DNA of 42,011 nt from a virus. The DNA is taken from IMG/VR virus record IMGVR_UViG_3300029558_000018, one strand, 5' to 3'. Below the pieces are notes generated by a model. The model was not told the DNA's origin. It did not search any database and worked only from the letters and a program-made list of their open reading frames with translations. The translations under genes and the position numbers were made by a program. Of the stretch, positions 37,621-42,011 are shown piece after piece (the first letter of the stretch is position 1; the number at the start of each line of letters is the position of its first letter).

Positions 37621-39471
37621 TCACCCCTTATAGTTGCCGCCCTCTACATACTCGATACTGGCCTGCACAATGCCAAAGGATTCATGCAGCATGTCATTCT
37701 CAAATCGGAAACTGCATTTGTCCACTCGCTTGATGCGCAGCTTTGTGTGGAATGTCTTCGGGCTTGTATCGTTGGAATAGCACAAATGTGAGTACGAAAG
37801 GCGTGAATAGCTAAAGTAGCTCACACCGTTCAGAAATTCCTTGATGGTTTTCCACTCGCCCTTTACAATGGCAGAAATCCGCACGCCCGCCGATGCAGAG
37901 TTTACCAACTGCACTGCCAGATGCTTGAATGTCTTGGTCTTGTAAAAGTTACTGCCACTTACATACGGCGTCTGCCAGCTTGCCGCAATGGCATTTCCAT
38001 CGTCACTGTAGCTAAGATAGTGCGTCTCGTCTGTGAAAAATCGGCACACTCTGCCGTCATTCGTGCCAAACCACAGCGTTCCATCTTTTACAAACAGCAT
38101 CCGCGCCGGAATGTTTGTGCAGTAAAATCCAACATACTGCCGGTTTGAATACGGCTCACTCTTTGTCAAGCCAAGGTTTTGCAGTCCGTCCAGCACATAG
38201 GCATGCCCGTTCACGCACAGCCAATACATGTCGTTGTACACGCAGGCGCAAGCGTCGCTCAAATTGCTTTCGTCCAAAAGCCTGCCGTTCAGGTAGTAGC
38301 TTCTGTCCTGGCTGTAACGCTCCGCGTTGATGTCGCTGGCAGCAATGGCATAGATACCGGCGCTCGTCAAAAACACCGGTTCATTTTGCAGGTAGGCAAA
38401 ACTGTCTCTCGCAATCGCGCCTGGGCCTTTCATCGTGTTGTAAATCGGGAAAGCCGCTTCGCCGTCCACTAAGTTTCCGCTGCGCAGGATAATATTTCTG
38501 TCCGGCTCGTAGTCGTCCTTGTGGGCAGCCAATCGGTTTTCAATGATGGTATACCCCACAACCGCGCTCTTGTTCGTGCCAAGCACGCTATACCCCGTAT
38601 CAGGGAAGTAAGTCGGGTCGTCCTTCTGGCTGTACCAGTCGTAGTTGATATAATCCGGGTTCCCGCTCAAAAACAAACGGTCTACATCGCCGTTTACGCC
38701 AAACCGCGCGCCGATGCAGCACTTGTTGATTCTGTCTCTGTATCCCTTTACAGTGCGCCGTGCTTCGATTTCAATGTTGTCCTCACCAGTAACAGGGCTT
38801 TTCCCAGGCGCTGTCGTAAAGCTCACAATGCCTTTTTCCGCGTTGCAGGTAAAGCCGCTGATTTCCTTCCATGTGCCGTCCCCCTGCAGCTGGCGCACCG
38901 TCACATTGGCATCGTCCAGCCCAGAAAAACTTAAATGATATTCTTTGCTCGTTCCGTCCGCAAGGAACTTCTCTTTGAATTTCGGCTGCAATAGGTTCAG
39001 TGCATCATACTGCTTGCCGCCGCCGTTCGGGGCTTTCGCAATCGTCACTGTTGGGATATAAGCGGCATCCTCCACCGGCTTCGCGGTAGTGCCGTCATAG
39101 ACAAGAAACTTTTTGCCGTCCGCAATGTAAAGGTTGTCGCCAAACTGCCACGCATAGCTTTTCGCATCGTTCATTTCGCTGTACAAAAGCTGTGGTGTGT
39201 CCTTCATGACATACAGCCCGGTCCCGGCGTGTATCAGGTCATATTTGTCTTTCTTTCTCGCATAGTGCCCGTTGATTCTCCCGGTAAATTTGTACATGGT
39301 CTCATAGCCCATGCGTTTGCGCACCTTGCCGGGTTCACTGCGTATCATGTTCTCCGCATAGGGGCTTTGCGTTACACTTACATTGAACGGGTTTGAGGTA
39401 AAATCCACGCCGTAAAACTGCGTCAGCTTAATAACGCTCCGGCTCGGGATTTCAGGTATCGCAAAAGCCAT
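37621..39471 (-). CDS. Large tail structural protein (616 aa)
   Basis: Assigned by position between the adaptor-like and fibre genes. No motif assigned. Confidence 0.55.
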   Translation of the reverse strand: MAFAIPEIPSRSVIKLTQFYGVDFTSNPFNVSVTQSPYAENMIRSEPGKVRKRMGYETMYKFTGRINGHYARKKDKYDLIHAGTGLYVMKDTPQLLYSEMNDAKSYAWQFGDNLYIADGKKFLVYDGTTAKPVEDAAYIPTVTIAKAPNGGGKQYDALNLLQPKFKEKFLADGTSKEYHLSFSGLDDANVTVRQLQGDGTWKEISGFTCNAEKGIVSFTTAPGKSPVTGEDNIEIEARRTVKGYRDRINKCCIGARFGVNGDVDRLFLSGNPDYINYDWYSQKDDPTYFPDTGYSVLGTNKSAVVGYTIIENRLAAHKDDYEPDRNIILRSGNLVDGEAAFPIYNTMKGPGAIARDSFAYLQNEPVFLTSAGIYAIAASDINAERYSQDRSYYLNGRLLDESNLSDACACVYNDMYWLCVNGHAYVLDGLQNLGLTKSEPYSNRQYVGFYCTNIPARMLFVKDGTLWFGTNDGRVCRFFTDETHYLSYSDDGNAIAASWQTPYVSGSNFYKTKTFKHLAVQLVNSASAGVRISAIVKGEWKTIKEFLNGVSYFSYSRLSYSHLCYSNDTSPKTFHTKLRIKRVDKCSFRFENDMLHESFGIVQASIEYVEGGNYKG

Positions 39472-39474
39472 CTC

Positions 39475-40080
39475 TTACCACCACCCTGTATTGTTGCCCC
39501 AGCTCTCCTGTGTCGGCATTCTGTCTGGGTTTTTCAGCCGCTCAAAAGCAACCTCAAACTCGTTGCGGTAATAGGTGCTCACCGCAATATCGTCGTCCTT
39601 GTACAGCTGGCTTGCCATATACAGGGGCAGCAACACAACGGCATCGTCCGGCAGGTTGATTTTTGTATCGTCCGGCGTGTTTAGCGTGATTGTTGTCGGC
39701 TTTGCATCATAAAAAATCTCAAAAATGCCCTCGGCATCTTCGGGGAATTTCATGTACTTCCCGGCCATAAACGCAGCGCCGTTGTACTTTGTCGGCACAC
39801 CGTTATCGTCAAGGCTGTAAACTTCCAACGTGCCGATCCGGTAAAAGTCCTTTAGCTCGCTGGTCATATCCAGTGCAAAGGTTTCGCCCTTGCTCTTTTC
39901 AATGGTCGTGCTTTTGCGGATATACCGCCCTGCTGTCGCAAGCATCTGTAGCGCTTCGTTGGCCGCCTGCGGCATCGCGTTCAAATACTCGCTTATGGCA
40001 TCATCGTTCGCATCAATCGTGGTCCCGTCAGAGCTGAACATCTTCTGCAAGGATGCCAGCTTGATCTGTTCCCATGTCAT
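39475..40080 (-). CDS. Head-tail adaptor-like protein (putative)
   Basis: The ATG at 40080 follows GGGGGTG. Located directly after the portal gene. The ORF track uses a TTG at 40086. Confidence 0.45.
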   Translation of the reverse strand: MTWEQIKLASLQKMFSSDGTTIDANDDAISEYLNAMPQAANEALQMLATAGRYIRKSTTIEKSKGETFALDMTSELKDFYRIGTLEVYSLDDNGVPTKYNGAAFMAGKYMKFPEDAEGIFEIFYDAKPTTITLNTPDDTKINLPDDAVVLLPLYMASQLYKDDDIAVSTYYRNEFEVAFERLKNPDRMPTQESWGNNTGWW

Positions 40081-41911
40081 TTGCAATCACCCCCTGCTGC
40101 ATAGCTTCCTGTTTGTCCATCTCCTCTTTGATGGATTTCTGCATTGTGGCTGCATACGGGAATCCGGTCTCTTTCAGGAAAGTCCACAACCGGTACTGGC
40201 TTGCAGGCTCGGTAATGTTGCCAAAACCACCCGCTTGATACTTCACATCGACCATATCCCACAGCCGCTCACGGTTGCTTGCAAGGTTCGATGCAGGGTC
40301 TACCTCAATGATAAATTCATCGTTCCAGTACAATTCCCCGGCTGCGTCCCGCTTCAAAAACTCCATCCTGTCAAAATGCCCGAACTGCTGTTCACCGTCC
40401 GTGTCGGTCTCGGTCATCGGGTACGGCTCATCGGCATACGCCAGCAAAAACTCAAACATCATGCGGTACAGCTTCGCATAGGCGTTGTTCTTCATCTCGC
40501 GCTTGCTCTGCAAACGGCCTGCGCTCTGGTTCGCGCTGAACTGCTTTGCACTGCCGGATGTAGCAGAAGAATCGTACTTGCCCTGGAATGCGTCCGTAAT
40601 GCCCAAAGTGGATTTCGCCCAAGTGTAGTTCATTTCCAGCATGTTCTGGTCGTTCTGCACATTGGGCTGCACATTGATAACATCGATCATGGCTTTCTGG
40701 CTCGGGTTGTCCACGCGCAAAATTTTCAGCTCGTTATCGTTCAGCTCCGCGTTTACGCCCTCCGGCAGCACTACCCAACTGCCGCCTTTCAGCAGCTTTT
40801 CCTGAATTTTCGTGCCGTATTTGTTGATGGCCTGCTGCTGGTCAGCGATTATATCTACATCCGACACGCCCAAAAACTTGTCCGATGCCGCAATGTTTAT
40901 CCGCTCCACAATCGGGAACCCGTGCGGTTTGTAGGCCGGTATCTCGTTGGCCTGCATCTCGCCCGGCATCATAATGACCTCGCCGCTCTCGTTGTCACGC
41001 TGCACACTGCCGTCCGGGTTCACAATGGGCACATCCTCGCCCGGTACCTGTGCAGGCAACACCTCGCCGCTGCTAAGGAGTACATCTTGCGTCAGCGTAA
41101 GGGTCTGCACTGGCTGTTCTTTGAACTTCTTGTTCCCGCAAACACAGACATCCCCCACGCGACGCCGTCCGCATTTCGTGCAGACCTCTGCCGTGCGCGC
41201 ATAATAATCGGGGAAATCTTCAAGCACCTGGCACCCTACCCAGCTAAACATGCCTACTGTGCCCTTGTCGTGCTTGTAATAGACAATGTTCTGCGTCACA
41301 ACGCCTGTGTGGGTGCTGTCATCGCCACCGCGTGCGTCCGGCGCGTCCTCTGTGTCGGTCTCAATGGTAATGCCGTACCGCGCTTCCAGCGATTCCTTGC
41401 TCTTTGATACCTGCACAAAGATATAATCCATATCCTCAATACGGTACACGCCCGGCTGCGGAATGACCTGCCGTGGGTGACGCATCTCTACTTCAACATC
41501 GCCCAGCGTGCAGTGATACCCTGCAACCGGGTTCCACTCCACATGGAAAAAGTCTGCGCCCTGCACCGGCACTGTGCGTTCGCTTCTGTCGTTCAGTTCA
41601 ATAAACCGCATCCGCCGCGCCTGATTGCGCAGCATGTTTTCTGTCTTTCGCGCCAAGTCCCGGTCTTCTGCATGGATGGCTGTGACCTTCGGCATCGGGT
41701 AGCTGGAATCCACCTGACTTTCAATCAGCTCATAGATGATATTGCGCACATTCGTGGCGTTCTTTTTGGCACCCTGTATCTCGTGGCTGCCGTAGTACAT
41801 GGCCTCACGCTTGCGCATCTTTTCCAGGGTGTCACTGTATGCAGCTTTTGCGTTGGATAGCTTACCCTGCCATTTTTCAAGGTCTTTTGTCTGCTTATCG
41901 TCTTTCTTCAT
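40028..41911 (-). CDS. Portal protein
   Basis: 627 aa. The N-terminal segment NVRNIIYELIESQVDSSYPMPKV resembles portal families as I recall them. Size is typical. RBS ACAGGAG. Confidence 0.8.
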   Translation of the reverse strand: MKKDDKQTKDLEKWQGKLSNAKAAYSDTLEKMRKREAMYYGSHEIQGAKKNATNVRNIIYELIESQVDSSYPMPKVTAIHAEDRDLARKTENMLRNQARRMRFIELNDRSERTVPVQGADFFHVEWNPVAGYHCTLGDVEVEMRHPRQVIPQPGVYRIEDMDYIFVQVSKSKESLEARYGITIETDTEDAPDARGGDDSTHTGVVTQNIVYYKHDKGTVGMFSWVGCQVLEDFPDYYARTAEVCTKCGRRRVGDVCVCGNKKFKEQPVQTLTLTQDVLLSSGEVLPAQVPGEDVPIVNPDGSVQRDNESGEVIMMPGEMQANEIPAYKPHGFPIVERINIAASDKFLGVSDVDIIADQQQAINKYGTKIQEKLLKGGSWVVLPEGVNAELNDNELKILRVDNPSQKAMIDVINVQPNVQNDQNMLEMNYTWAKSTLGITDAFQGKYDSSATSGSAKQFSANQSAGRLQSKREMKNNAYAKLYRMMFEFLLAYADEPYPMTETDTDGEQQFGHFDRMEFLKRDAAGELYWNDEFIIEVDPASNLASNRERLWDMVDVKYQAGGFGNITEPASQYRLWTFLKETGFPYAATMQKSIKEEMDKQEAMQQGVIANDMGTDQAGILAEDVQL

Positions 41912-41950
41912 ATCGTCACTCCTGTGTGGTCATGCCCACGCAAATGTGAT

Positions 41951-42011
41951 AAAAAAGCCGCCCCTCATCCGGCCTGCGGGCCACCTTCCCCCAAAGGGGG
42001 AAGGTGGCCCG
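41951..42011 (-). terminator. Left arm and loop of the junction palindrome with its minus-strand T-run: very strong intrinsic terminator between the capsid and portal genes
   Basis: 41957-41992 pairs perfectly with 18-53 across the junction (36 bp). The plus-strand A-run 41951-41956 gives TTTTTT after the stem on the minus strand. Confidence 0.75.

Noticed and set aside
41957-42011. Hairpin telomere / protelomerase resolution site (N15-like linear plasmid prophage)
   Set aside because: No protelomerase-sized gene is present. The phage has a conventional tyrosine integrase with a tRNA-type attP. The palindrome has a one-sided T-run and matches the dispersed repeat family, so a terminator built from two elements is the simpler reading.
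1-42011. Diversity-generating retroelement or retron
   Set aside because: No reverse-transcriptase-like ORF (no YxDD-containing ORF of suitable size) and no template/variable repeat pair were seen. The only internal near-identical pair (12001-12024 / 40598-40621) shows no adenine-specific mismatch pattern.

Overview
The window is a complete, circularly closed genome of a temperate, GC-rich dsDNA phage. Nt 1-33 repeat nt 41979-42011, so the unique length is about 41,978 bp. The host is Gram-positive, probably clostridial; that is a guess from sequence style only.

Layout:
(i) A minus-strand late operon starts near 5975 and runs leftwards. It contains terS, an anomalous 1.3-kb ORF-free spacer, terL, a Zn-ribbon ORF, the scaffold gene and the major capsid gene. 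It crosses the window junction through a 75-nt perfect palindrome. It then continues with portal, adaptor-like protein, three large tail or fibre proteins, a lysis cassette (M23+GH25 endolysin, two holin-like ORFs), a 310-aa protein and a 2,095-aa virion protein. It ends with a LuxR/sigma-region-4-like regulator and a terminator-insulated 3-gene cassette finishing at 22891.
(ii) A small RHH regulator (6003-6203) has an operator-rich divergent promoter region. This drives a moron of a degenerate N6-MTase-like protein, a lipoprotein and an acidic protein, which ends at attP (a tRNA 3' fragment plus GTCGTA arm repeats).
(iii) The lysogeny module holds a tyrosine integrase, a membrane protein, an XRE repressor and a three-operator switch.
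(iv) The plus-strand early operon spans 11572-22837. It encodes a Cro-like protein, small membrane proteins, a hexapeptide-repeat protein, a Rad52-like annealase, NinB-like and HNH-like proteins and SSB. It continues with a replisome organizer carrying internal iterons, DnaB, two more MTases, RusA and a sigma-like late regulator.

No tail tube, sheath or tape-measure-chaperone module is recognisable, so a short-tailed virion is my best guess.

Most noteworthy observations:
- the ORF-free terS-terL spacer with an embedded tRNA-like element lacking an anticodon arm;
- a family of like-oriented three-hairpin GC-rich elements with compensatory stem changes in the late operon;
- intrinsic terminators punctuating the late operon;
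- a 34-aa ORF that mimics the repressor C-terminus;
- a portal-gene fragment embedded in-frame in an early membrane ORF;
- an almost perfectly regular 25 x 18-nt tandem array encoding a hexapeptide-repeat protein.

All functional calls rest on motif recognition by eye. No database search or folding program was available.
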